NCBI GenBank assembly: GCA_963777605.1
Contig: CAVZRV010000030.1
Location: 320,001-384,000 of the forward strand
Reading direction: 5' to 3'
Source of the DNA: an uncultured Acidobacteriota bacterium
GTDB lineage: Bacteria; Acidobacteriota; UBA6911; RPQK01; JAPXNP01
DNA length: 64,000 nucleotides
Shown: one piece after another, positions 31,593-40,829 of the stretch
Layout of the letters: each line of letters starts with the position of its first letter
Position numbering within the stretch: position 1 is the stretch's first letter
The notes under the pieces: model-generated
Seen by the model: the letters and a program-made list of their open reading frames with translations, nothing else
The model's database searches: none
Told to the model about the DNA's origin: nothing
Translations under genes and position numbers: made by a program

Positions 31593-31904
31593 ATGAGGGA
31601 AGTTCACACAAAAGCTGACGTTGACGATATCCTGAGACTCCCGTACGCGGTGGTCTTCAAGCACAGTTCACTTTGCCCCTCAAGTGCGCGCGCCCACTCG
31701 GTAGTGCGCGATCTCGCCAAAAGCAAACCCGACGTCCCGATATTCCTGATCCTGGTGATCGAGTCTCGGGAGGCATCCCTTTACCTGGCCGAACGCGTGG
31801 GTGTGACGCACCAGTCCCCTCAGTTGCTGGTACTGCGTAATGGCGTCGTCGAATGGCACGTGTCCCATTTCGACATCACCCCCAGCCTGATGGATCAATT
31901 GTAG
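31593..31904 (+). CDS. ytxJ: YtxJ/BrxC-family monothiol bacilliredoxin-like protein (DUF2847)
   Basis: FKHSSLCPSSARA, R..S..LA...GVTHQSPQLL, WHVSH. Confidence 0.8.
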   Translation: MREVHTKADVDDILRLPYAVVFKHSSLCPSSARAHSVVRDLAKSKPDVPIFLILVIESREASLYLAERVGVTHQSPQLLVLRNGVVEWHVSHFDITPSLMDQL

Positions 31905-31969
31905 AATCGGCTGCCCAGCCTGTTTCGCCACCAACGGCTGCCGACGAGACACCCTCGGGGGTGGTTGTC

Positions 31970-33013
31970 CTACGCTGAAATCGAAATTTCGTTCAGGTCG
32001 GCGGGCGGGTGAAAGGCCTTGCGGCATTCCCCGATGGTGTTTCCGACCACCTGGATTTTGCCCAGGTCCGCCTCTCCCATTCCCGCCTCGGCACAATAGC
32101 AGTAGTGGCCGATCTTGCGGAAATCCGCACCCATCACTTCGATCCCCACCCGGTCGGTTGCGAGCCAGTCGAGACCGGCGATGGCGAGTTTACTTTCCAC
32201 CGGATCGCCGTTGAGGGGACCTTCCCCTTCCATGCCGACAAACCCGTCGATGGTCACGAGGTCGGGAGTAACGATCCGGCTCAGTTGGAACAGGTTCCAG
32301 TTGAAGGGGCGCGGGTCCTTGGAGACCGGGTCGCGGTGCATCTTGGAGCGGTCGTTCCCGGCTGCCCCGAAGTTCATGGGTGTCGCCATCACCAGGTTCT
32401 TCAGGCCGAGCGTCACCACCGAAAGGGAATGGGTTTTGAGTACCGCAGCCGATACCAGGAAGACGTCGTCCCGAGTCATCAGGTTGGACACGCTGACTTT
32501 AACGGGCCGAAACGCGTGATCCAGGATGAAACTAGCGTGATGCTCGTCGTCCTGGAGGTCCACGAATTCCACGTTGAACCGGCTCTTGAGGGCCAGGTAA
32601 TCGTAGTTGGTCAGCGCCTCGGAAAGGGGTGTTCCCGGACCTGTACCCTCAGCAATGATGATCTTGCCGGCGTTCATGGAAGCGAAGAGATCGCACAGGG
32701 CCCACACCGAATCGGCCGGCGTCGAAGCCAGCCAGTCTTCCTTCTTGATCCGGGTGAAGTTCGGCTTGATGACAACCTGGCGACCGCCGACCGCCTTTCG
32801 GACCTCGGGTTCAATAATCTCGAGAGCCTTCATCATGTTGGCCCTGCGGTCGTTACCCCGAACCAGGCCGACGCGCGGTTCGGCCGGTTGCACCGAAGGC
32901 CTGGGGGCCGCAACGCCGGAGAGGCCGGCAGAAAGCACCGACCCGGTTGAGAGAAGACTGCCGGCACCGGCTGCTGTCAGGGCTCGCAAGAACTGTCTTC
33001 GATGAGGAGACAT
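31970..33013 (-). CDS. Tat-exported DUF362 domain protein
   Basis: HRRQFL Tat motif; VVIKPN, IAEG, LKTH, TLGLKN, DGFVGMEGEGP, D.LATD. Confidence 0.82.
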   Translation of the reverse strand: MSPHRRQFLRALTAAGAGSLLSTGSVLSAGLSGVAAPRPSVQPAEPRVGLVRGNDRRANMMKALEIIEPEVRKAVGGRQVVIKPNFTRIKKEDWLASTPADSVWALCDLFASMNAGKIIIAEGTGPGTPLSEALTNYDYLALKSRFNVEFVDLQDDEHHASFILDHAFRPVKVSVSNLMTRDDVFLVSAAVLKTHSLSVVTLGLKNLVMATPMNFGAAGNDRSKMHRDPVSKDPRPFNWNLFQLSRIVTPDLVTIDGFVGMEGEGPLNGDPVESKLAIAGLDWLATDRVGIEVMGADFRKIGHYCYCAEAGMGEADLGKIQVVGNTIGECRKAFHPPADLNEISISA

Positions 33014-33030
33014 GTGCGCTCCTTTTCTCA

Positions 33031-34347
33031 TTAGTCGAGTACCTTGATGGAAATGTCGCGATAATTTACCGGATCGTTGTGACCCGCCAATCCGAAGAAC
33101 CCCGAGGTTCGATCTTTGCCGGGGTGGGGGCTGCCGTGCATGAAGTCATGCGCCTGGCTGACGTCCGCATCCAGGATGACGGTACCGTTGAGCTCGACCT
33201 TGATCCGGGAACCCTTCACCGTGACTTCCTGGAAGTTCCACTCGCCTACCGGTCGCTGGTAGCCTCGTTTGGCTGCGACCATCCCGTAGACGGAACCGTG
33301 AAACTGTCTTGGATCGAGATTCTCATACTGCTTCGCCGAGTTGTCGATGACCTGAAGCTCACACATCCCGACGTAGGCAGTGTCCCCTTTCCCGGGATAG
33401 CGGATCGCCAGCCCGTTGTTTCCTCCGGGGGGCACCTTGAACTGGAGCCGGGCCTGGAAGTCCCGCAGTTCCCGGTCGTAATAAATCGTCCCACCCTTGC
33501 CCGGCAGGCAGGTGACGGTCCCGTTTTTCACGACGTAGTTGTCGATGGGGCCCGCCCAGCCGTCAAGGTTGCGGCCGGCGAAGATGATGTTGTACTCGTT
33601 GTTGTCGTGGGATGCCAGGATTTCGTTGGCCTCTTGTCCCGGGATCTCCCGTACCTGGATGTTGCGCCAGCGGATCTCACCTCCATGAGTCTGCAGCTGG
33701 ATCGGCCCCCGGCGCGGAAGTGGTTTGGAAAGATCCCAGAAGTTTTCCATCCGGGCGTGATCAACGACCAGGGAGCCATTCAGAAAGACGGTCGTGCGTT
33801 CTCCTACCTGGATGATCCGGAGATCGTTCCATTGACCGAAGGGGCGGTCCGCATAAACCCGTGGGTATTTGCCAGGGGCACTTTCACTGTTGTTCCAGAG
33901 ACCGCCTGAACCCTTGTCGGCTCCACTCTTCCATTTACCTCCAGCCTCAGTCGTGTCCCAGATTTGAACCTGCGGGCATCCACGGAGATAGATCCCGGAA
34001 TCCGCTTTGGGGACCGTCTTGTATTCGAGTGTGAGTTCGATGTCGCCGAAGTCGCGATCGGTAGTCAGGAAAGGACCCTGTCCGTCATTGACGATCTCGT
34101 TTCCCTCAACCCGCCAGTGAGCCGCGAGTTCACGGTTTGACTTCTCGATCATCTCGTCGCGCTCGGCCTTGGACATCGCCTCGAGCTTGTAGGGGGATAT
34201 CTGCTCCATCCCGTGCCAGCCGGTGAGATCCCGCCCATTGAAGAGGGGTTCTACCCCCTGTTCGGGAGCGTTCTGGCGGGCGACACCGGCAGTGGGCCAT
34301 AGGAGGAGTAGGGAAAGGAACAGGAGAGACTGCAGTCGCATTTTCAT
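33031..34347 (-). CDS. Secreted tandem DUF1080 (3-keto-disaccharide hydrolase family) protein
   Basis: Signal peptide; LFNGRDLTGW, DSGIYLRG, GQWN, GPIQLQTHG; second domain GNNG, GEWN, GLAGH. Confidence 0.88.
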   Translation of the reverse strand: MKMRLQSLLFLSLLLLWPTAGVARQNAPEQGVEPLFNGRDLTGWHGMEQISPYKLEAMSKAERDEMIEKSNRELAAHWRVEGNEIVNDGQGPFLTTDRDFGDIELTLEYKTVPKADSGIYLRGCPQVQIWDTTEAGGKWKSGADKGSGGLWNNSESAPGKYPRVYADRPFGQWNDLRIIQVGERTTVFLNGSLVVDHARMENFWDLSKPLPRRGPIQLQTHGGEIRWRNIQVREIPGQEANEILASHDNNEYNIIFAGRNLDGWAGPIDNYVVKNGTVTCLPGKGGTIYYDRELRDFQARLQFKVPPGGNNGLAIRYPGKGDTAYVGMCELQVIDNSAKQYENLDPRQFHGSVYGMVAAKRGYQRPVGEWNFQEVTVKGSRIKVELNGTVILDADVSQAHDFMHGSPHPGKDRTSGFFGLAGHNDPVNYRDISIKVLD

Positions 34348-34393
34348 GCACTCATAATAGCGATCTGGAGACCCAATTGCACTCCTGGAAATC

Positions 34394-35030
34394 TCAGAAG
34401 TCGGCCAGGGACAGATCTTTCGATTCCGCGGGAAGAACGAGTCTTTGCTCGTCCTTCTTGGAGTGCCCGTTCGGTTTCGCCTGCTGGCTTCGCCCCTCGA
34501 ACGGACGCGTGGCAGGATGATCCTTATCTTGGAATGAATCAACCTGTGGCGTCCTCGCAGAATGTGCCGCACGCTTCGATCGCCCGTTCTCGGACAAGCT
34601 GAATTCGCCGACCAGGTTCTGCATTTCTTGCGCCTGGCTGGAGAGTTCCTGGGCTGCACTGGCGGACTCTTCCGCATTCGCCGCGGGCATTGCGGGTAAG
34701 ACCACTCAGGGCCTGATCTACCGATTTGAAGCTCTCCACCATGGCCACGATAGAGTGGCCGAGAACGTCGTCCTTCCCAGCGACGTCAATCGTGGCGCCA
34801 AGATTTCCCTGCGAGATTGCTTCGGCCGACCTGGCCTTGGATTGTGCTGCACTCAGGGGAATGTAGGCATTGAGGGTTCCCATGACGATGTTGCGGCTCG
34901 TGTCCGCCCCAGTCCCTTCGACTTCGGCAAAGTGGCATTCCGCGCAGCCCTGATGGGCCCCGCTGGGGAGCGGAATAGCGATGCGCAGGTAACCTTCGCC
35001 GATCTCTTCAACCGAAATTCCGATCAAATT
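34394..35030 (-). pseudogene. Collapsed methyl-accepting chemotaxis protein remnant with heme-c (CxxCH) sensor fragment
   Basis: YLRIAIPL..GCAECH..MGTL sensor piece, HAMP-like AEAISQGNL..I....DD.LG piece, and MCP tail NAEESASAAQELSSQAQEMQNLVGEF in a second frame. Confidence 0.7.
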
Positions 35031-35202
35031 GAGCGGGCAATCCCCCCACCCGCCCATCTCGACCGTTGGCGGAGACCCATTAGATCGATCTGCTTCAACT
35101 TCCCACCTCTGTTGGGTCGGCGAATCCGGAGTGGGTAATTCGAGGTGCGGAGTTCTCTTGAAGGCGCTCTGCGCCACTTGAACGGTGGTGTATAGTGCAT
35201 TC

Positions 35203-35766
35203 ATGAAGTGGTTCGTGGGGAGCGCTCTCTTCGTAGCCCTGCTCTTGGCCGGATTTGGCCAGCAGACTTACCCACCGATCGACCGAAGCATTGAAATGCA
35301 CCGGAAGAGCATCCGGAGCAAGAATGAAGTCGATCAAACAGGCTTGCAGCAGTCCTACAACAAGGCGCGGGAAGCCGCTGCGGAGATGGTGGTCGTAGCC
35401 GGGGAACTCCGCAAGCTCCAGGATCAGCCATTTTCGGCCTCCGCCGAAGACAAGTCCTTCCGAGACGCCGTGAAGCGCCGCTGCCGGAAGGTCCGGGACC
35501 TGACCAAGCCGATTCAGGAAGTGAGTTTTCTCGACCCGGGAGAGTCGGAGCGGAGCGAGTCCTGGGATCGGGCCAAAGACCGCGACGAGTTGACCGTGCT
35601 GGTGGACCAGTTGTCCTCGTTGGCTGAATCGATTCGGGTGCGCCTCGATTCCCTGACTGGACACGGGGTTGCGATTCGTGAACTGAAGAGTCCTTCCCTG
35701 GATTCCCTGGTTGAGGATACGAAGCGCCTGTCGAAGACGATTGAAAAGTCTGCGGCGAAGTTGTGA
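35203..35766 (+). CDS. Hypothetical secreted helical protein
   Basis: MKWFVGSALFVALLLAGFG signal-like start; stop overlaps the next gene start (GTGA). Confidence 0.6.
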   Translation: MKWFVGSALFVALLLAGFGQQTYPPIDRSIEMHRKSIRSKNEVDQTGLQQSYNKAREAAAEMVVVAGELRKLQDQPFSASAEDKSFRDAVKRRCRKVRDLTKPIQEVSFLDPGESERSESWDRAKDRDELTVLVDQLSSLAESIRVRLDSLTGHGVAIRELKSPSLDSLVEDTKRLSKTIEKSAAKL

Positions 35767-36974
35767 GAAGCATGTCGCGGCGTGATCCGGTGCGCAACCA
35801 GCTTGATCGAAGTACGATCCAGGTGAGTCGGAGAGCTGCGGGAATTCGCCCTTTCATCGTGATGGAAGTGCTCGAGCGGGCGCAGGAATTGGAACGCCTC
35901 GGCCGGAAGATCGTCCATCTCGAAGTCGGCGAGCCGGACTTCGAAACTCCCGATGTGATCCGGGAGGCGGGAATCCGGGCCATCCGGGACGGACACACCC
36001 ACTACACCCATTCGCTGGGAAGGCGGGAACTCCGTGAAGCCATCGCGGGATGGTATGCGGCGCGCTACGGGGTAGCTCCGGACCCCGATCAGGTGGTCGT
36101 CACGGTGGGTAGTTCAGGGGCGATGCAGCTGATTTTCGCTGCTCTCCTCAACCCTGGAGATGAGGTTCTCCTGCCCGATCCCGGCTATCCCTGTTATGAG
36201 AAATTCGTTCGCGCCTTCGGCGGCGTCCCGGTGCCGGTGCCTGTGCGGGAGGAGGAGAACTTTAATCTCGAACCTGCTGCTGTCCGTGCCTTGACATCGA
36301 GTCGCACCAGGGCGCTGATCCTCAACTCTCCCTCGAATCCCACCGGCGCCGTTGCGTCCCGGGATCGATTGGCCGGGCTCAACGACGAAACCGCGGGGTC
36401 GCTGGCCGTCGTTTCCGACGAGATCTATCACGGACTGGTCTACGAGGGAGAGGCCCATTCCATGCTCGAATTCAACCCGGACGCCCTCATCGTGAACGGT
36501 TTTTCGAAGCTGTTCGCAATGACCGGTTGGCGACTCGGATACGCGATCGTGCCCCGTATCCTGGTCAGGCCGATCCAGAAGCTGCAACAGAACCTGTTTA
36601 TCTCGGCTCCCGATTTCGCCCAGATCGCCGCGGTCGCGGCTCTGGAGTCGGCGGGTCCTGACATTGAGCAAATGCGCCGGGAGTATGACCGGCGGCGAAG
36701 ATATCTTCTTGTAAGGCTTGGGGAGATGGGATTGAAGGTAGCGGGCTCTCCCGAGGGAGCGTTCTACCTGCTGATCAACGTCCGCGACGTCACCCGGGAC
36801 GTGTATAAGCTGGCCTTTCGCATTCTCGAGGAAGCGGGAGTTGCCGTGACGCCGGGAGTCGATTTTGGCGCCAACGGCGAAGGCTATCTTCGGATCTGTT
36901 ACGCCACTTCGATGGAACAACTCGAGGAAGGCATGGAACGCCTGGAGCGCTTTTTCGAGACCGTCCAGGCATGA
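35763..36974 (+). CDS. Aspartate aminotransferase-like class I/II PLP aminotransferase
   Basis: GEPDF, HYT, NSPSNPTG, SDEIY, GFSKLFAMTGWRLG, GAFY. Confidence 0.93.
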   Translation: MRSMSRRDPVRNQLDRSTIQVSRRAAGIRPFIVMEVLERAQELERLGRKIVHLEVGEPDFETPDVIREAGIRAIRDGHTHYTHSLGRRELREAIAGWYAARYGVAPDPDQVVVTVGSSGAMQLIFAALLNPGDEVLLPDPGYPCYEKFVRAFGGVPVPVPVREEENFNLEPAAVRALTSSRTRALILNSPSNPTGAVASRDRLAGLNDETAGSLAVVSDEIYHGLVYEGEAHSMLEFNPDALIVNGFSKLFAMTGWRLGYAIVPRILVRPIQKLQQNLFISAPDFAQIAAVAALESAGPDIEQMRREYDRRRRYLLVRLGEMGLKVAGSPEGAFYLLINVRDVTRDVYKLAFRILEEAGVAVTPGVDFGANGEGYLRICYATSMEQLEEGMERLERFFETVQA

Positions 36975-37057
36975 CCCGGACGCGGGCTTTGAGTTGAGGA
37001 ACAGGCCTCAGCGTCGGGCAGGGGGGCGTCTGCCTCCAGGGATGAGCTTGCTGCGCC

Positions 37058-37651
37058 ATGGGAAAGACCGGAAAGAAGCGCCTCCGGCGAGGTACCCGAA
37101 AACGGTCCTCCCGCCCGGCTCGTTATTGGAAAATCATCGTGCTGGCGGCTTCGGCGGCGATCATTCTGATGGCCGGCTACCGGCTTTACCGCATCCAGCC
37201 CTTTCCGTCCCTGCGGTCCTTGATCTCCGGCTCTCTGGGGCCTGAGCGGGGTCGCGGAGAGATGACCGTTCAGCTTTTCTTTGCCAGCTCGGAATTCGAT
37301 CCTCAGGGACTGGACTGCAGCAAGGTTTACCCGGTCGATCGAAGGATCCACCGGACGGACGCCGTGGCGCGAGCGGCCGTCGAGGCTTTGCTCGTGGGGC
37401 CGACGACGGATGAGCAGTCCCGCGGCTACTACACGTCGCTCGACCCCAATATCGAACTCAGGGGTGTTGAGATCAACCGGCAGGGGGAGGCTGATGTCGA
37501 TTTCGGCCCGGCTCTCGACCGGGACCTGGCTGGATCGTGCAGGGTGCAGTCGGCTGAAGCCCAGATCCGCCAGACCCTGCTCCAGTTTCCCACCGTTCAT
37601 ACCGTTCGTATTACTGCAGAGAAGCAGGACGCCTCTCCCCTCCAGCCCTGA
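37058..37651 (+). CDS. Membrane-anchored GerMN domain protein
   Basis: Basic N-terminus plus one TM helix; [39 protein letters not shown]. Confidence 0.8.
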   Translation: MGKTGKKRLRRGTRKRSSRPARYWKIIVLAASAAIILMAGYRLYRIQPFPSLRSLISGSLGPERGRGEMTVQLFFASSEFDPQGLDCSKVYPVDRRIHRTDAVARAAVEALLVGPTTDEQSRGYYTSLDPNIELRGVEINRQGEADVDFGPALDRDLAGSCRVQSAEAQIRQTLLQFPTVHTVRITAEKQDASPLQP

Positions 37652-37739
37652 AACCCGCCCTCGTAACCGGCGCCTTGACAATTGTTTGCGGGTTGCGGGT
37701 TTTAACCCAACCCGGCAAGATGTTGTAAAATCGGACGCA

Positions 37740-38999
37740 ATGCACAATCGGCGTCAATCGATTCCAGTTCGTGTCGGAGATGCGGTGATTGGGGGAGAAA
37801 GCCCGGTCGTCGTCCAGTCGATGACCAACACCGATACGGCGGACGTTGAAGCCACCACCAAACAGGTACTCGAACTCGCCCAGGCCGGTTCCGAACTGGT
37901 TCGTGTGACAGTCAACACCGAGGAGGCGGCCATGGCCGTGCCCCGGATCGTTGGAGCACTCGGGGCGGCGGGTTGCGGCGTGCCGGTCGTGGGAGACTTT
38001 CACTACAACGGGCACCTCCTTCTGACCCGTTATCCGGAATGTGCGAAGGCGCTCGCCAAGTACCGGATCAATCCCGGAAACGTGGGTATGGGTCGTCACT
38101 GGGACACCAACTTCGCCCGCATGATCGAGGTCGCGCTGGCTCAAGACAAGCCGGTCCGGATCGGCGTCAACTGGGGCTCGCTGGACCAGAAACTCCTGGC
38201 CGTGCTGATGGACGAGAACGCCCGCCTGGCAACACCCCGGCCTTCAGAACTGGTCTTGCGGGAGGCACTGGTTCGGAGTTGCCTCGATTCGGCGCAGGTC
38301 GCGGAATCGATCGGGCTTGCTGCGGAGCGGATAATCCTCAGTGCCAAGGTTTCTTCGGTTCCCGAGTTGATCGCGGTTTACCAGGACCTGGCGGCGCGCT
38401 GCAAGTATGCGCTCCACCTGGGCCTGACCGAAGCCGGGATGGGAACCCGTGGAACGGTAGCCAGCGCGGCGGCGTTGGCGATTCTCCTGGAGCAGGGTAT
38501 CGGCGACACGATTCGGGTCAGTCTCACGCCGGATCCCGGCGGGGACCGGCGGGAAGAGGTCCGAATTGCCCAGCAGGTACTTCAGGTCCTCGGCATTCGC
38601 CATTTCTCTCCCCAGGTGAGTGCCTGCCCAGGGTGCGGAAGAACAACAAGTACGTACTTCCAGCAACTCGCAGCCCAGATTCAGCATCGTCTCAATATAG
38701 CTATGGGTGACTGGCGTAACCAGTATCCAGGTGTTGAGCAGCTGAAGGTAGCCGTAATGGGATGCATCGTGAATGGACCTGGTGAGTCGAAGCACGCGGA
38801 CATCGGTGTCTCCCTGCCAGGTACCGGGGAAGACCCTAAGGCACCGGTCTTCGTTGACGGGCGCCACTACCGAACTTTGAAAGGTCCCGAGATCGGTCGG
38901 GACTTCATCGAGATCCTCGAAGAATATGTCAGCCGGCGTTATGGACGCCAAATGCCCGATGGGGACGACCTCGTCCACTCGTCGGGCCCGCCAATCTGA
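37740..38999 (+). CDS. ispG: (E)-4-hydroxy-3-methylbut-2-enyl-diphosphate synthase
   Basis: [56 protein letters not shown]. Confidence 0.96.
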   Translation: MHNRRQSIPVRVGDAVIGGESPVVVQSMTNTDTADVEATTKQVLELAQAGSELVRVTVNTEEAAMAVPRIVGALGAAGCGVPVVGDFHYNGHLLLTRYPECAKALAKYRINPGNVGMGRHWDTNFARMIEVALAQDKPVRIGVNWGSLDQKLLAVLMDENARLATPRPSELVLREALVRSCLDSAQVAESIGLAAERIILSAKVSSVPELIAVYQDLAARCKYALHLGLTEAGMGTRGTVASAAALAILLEQGIGDTIRVSLTPDPGGDRREEVRIAQQVLQVLGIRHFSPQVSACPGCGRTTSTYFQQLAAQIQHRLNIAMGDWRNQYPGVEQLKVAVMGCIVNGPGESKHADIGVSLPGTGEDPKAPVFVDGRHYRTLKGPEIGRDFIEILEEYVSRRYGRQMPDGDDLVHSSGPPI

Positions 39000-39103
39000 T
39001 CCTGGAAAGATCGTCGAGGGAGAACCGCCTCGGTTCTCAATCCCCGGTCCGTTATTGAGTTTGGAGATAGAGGTATGAGGTACATAGGTACAGGAGATTA
39101 ATC

Positions 39104-40057
39104 ATGATTGAGGTGAAGAATCTCACGAAGCGTTACGGTGTGCGGACAGCCATCGACAACGTGAGCTTTGATGTGGGCAAGGGAGAGATCCTGGGATTTC
39201 TCGGTCCCAACGGGGCCGGAAAAACGACGACGATGCGGGTCCTCTCCGGGTTCTTGCCGGCAGATCTGGGGCGTGCGGTTGTGGCTGGGTTTGATGTGTT
39301 CGAGAAACCCCTCGAGGCGAAGCGTCGCGTCGGGTATCTCCCCGAGAATCCACCCCTTTACACGGAGATGACGACCAACAGCTACCTGCGGTTTGTCGCC
39401 AAGATCAAGGGAGTTCGCAATGCCGATATCGAGCGCAGATCGAGCTACGTCAAGGAACGCTGCGGGTTGACGGAACATGGCAACCGGCTGATCAAGCACC
39501 TGTCGAAGGGGTTCCGGCAGCGCGTCGGCCTGGCCCAGGCGCTCATTCACGATCCCGATGTCTTGATCCTTGATGAGCCGACCGCCGGTCTCGACCCCAA
39601 GCAGATCATCGAAGTTCGGGAACTGATCAGGAGCCTCGGAGGCGACCACACGATCATCCTCTCGACTCACATCCTCCCCGAGGTCAGCATGACCTGCGAG
39701 CGGGTGATCATCATCAACAATGGCCGCATCGTTGCAGTCGATACGCCGGAGAACCTGACCAGCCAGCTGGACGGCGGGCAACGGGTGGAATTGGAGTTTT
39801 CGGGCCCGGCGCCTGCCCTCGAGGTTTCCCTTAACGAGATTACCGGGGTCAAGCGGGTTTCGGGTGTCGGGGACAGCGAAGACGGCCGCCATCAGCGGCT
39901 GGTGGTGGAGTCCGAGGGTTCGGAGGAAATCCGGCACCTGATGGCCCGGGCGGTTCTCCAGTCCGGCTGCGAGCTTTATCAACTCCGTACCGAGAGGATG
40001 ACGCTGGAAGAGGTATTCCTGAAGCTGACCACCGAAGAAGAGGAGACCGCGGCATGA
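39104..40057 (+). CDS. ABC transporter ATP-binding protein (GldA-like)
   Basis: GPNGAGKTT, LSKGFRQR, LILDEPT, STHIL. Confidence 0.93.
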   Translation: MIEVKNLTKRYGVRTAIDNVSFDVGKGEILGFLGPNGAGKTTTMRVLSGFLPADLGRAVVAGFDVFEKPLEAKRRVGYLPENPPLYTEMTTNSYLRFVAKIKGVRNADIERRSSYVKERCGLTEHGNRLIKHLSKGFRQRVGLAQALIHDPDVLILDEPTAGLDPKQIIEVRELIRSLGGDHTIILSTHILPEVSMTCERVIIINNGRIVAVDTPENLTSQLDGGQRVELEFSGPAPALEVSLNEITGVKRVSGVGDSEDGRHQRLVVESEGSEEIRHLMARAVLQSGCELYQLRTERMTLEEVFLKLTTEEEETAA

Positions 40058-40827
40058 GGAACGCACTGGCGATAATCGGGAAGGAACTCCAGACGCTCTT
40101 TGTCAGCCCCATCGCCTACGTGGTGCTGGCCGTCTATTACGGAGTTTCAGGGTACTTTTTCTACATCATTCTGAGTTTCTACGTTCAGCAATCGACCATG
40201 CGGCAGTTCGGTTCGGCGCCTCTCCAGTTGGATGTTCCGAGTGTTGTGATGGAGAGTTACTTCGGCGTGATGAGCACGATCCTGCTCTTTCTCCTGCCGA
40301 TGGTGACCATGAGCATCTTCGCGGAGGAACGCAAGCGGGGCACCATGGAACTGTTGCTGACCTCCCCCATCACCCGCCTTCAGTTGATCCTCGGCAAGTT
40401 CTTCGGCGCCCTGGTTTTTCTGTTCGTGATGCTGTTGCCGGCGGTGCTGAACATCTTCCTCCTTTTTGCCTACAGCGACCCGAAGCCGTCTCTGACGCCT
40501 TACCTGGTTGGCCTTCTGGGCGTGCTGTTACTCGGCGGGAGCCTGATCGCGGTGGGCCTGTTCGTGTCTTCCCTGACCGAGAACCAGATCGTGGCGGCTG
40601 CATCGACCTTCGGGATCTTCATTATCCTCTGGGTTCTCGATGCGGCTGCTGAAAGCACGACGACGGTCGGGAATGAAATCCTGAGATACCTTTCCGTGCT
40701 CAATCATTACGAAGACTTCACGAAAGGGATCCTGGATACGCAGCACATCGTGTTCTACCTCTCATTCATCTTCCTGGGACTCTTCCTGACGTCGCTGTCC
40801 CTGGAATCGGAGAAGTGGAGAAAGTAG
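40054..40827 (+). CDS. ABC-2 type permease (GldF-like)
   Basis: KE....F.SPIAY, AEERKRGTMELLLTSP, SSLTENQIVAA. Confidence 0.9.
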   Translation: MRNALAIIGKELQTLFVSPIAYVVLAVYYGVSGYFFYIILSFYVQQSTMRQFGSAPLQLDVPSVVMESYFGVMSTILLFLLPMVTMSIFAEERKRGTMELLLTSPITRLQLILGKFFGALVFLFVMLLPAVLNIFLLFAYSDPKPSLTPYLVGLLGVLLLGGSLIAVGLFVSSLTENQIVAAASTFGIFIILWVLDAAAESTTTVGNEILRYLSVLNHYEDFTKGILDTQHIVFYLSFIFLGLFLTSLSLESEKWRK

Positions 40828-40829
40828 CC

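Noticed and set aside
33031-34677. 548-aa version of the DUF1080 protein
   Set aside because: Signal peptide begins at 34347; the upstream part overlaps the MCP remnant
37281-37739. N-terminal extension of IspG
   Set aside because: Overlaps the GerMN gene in another frame; homology starts at ATG 37740
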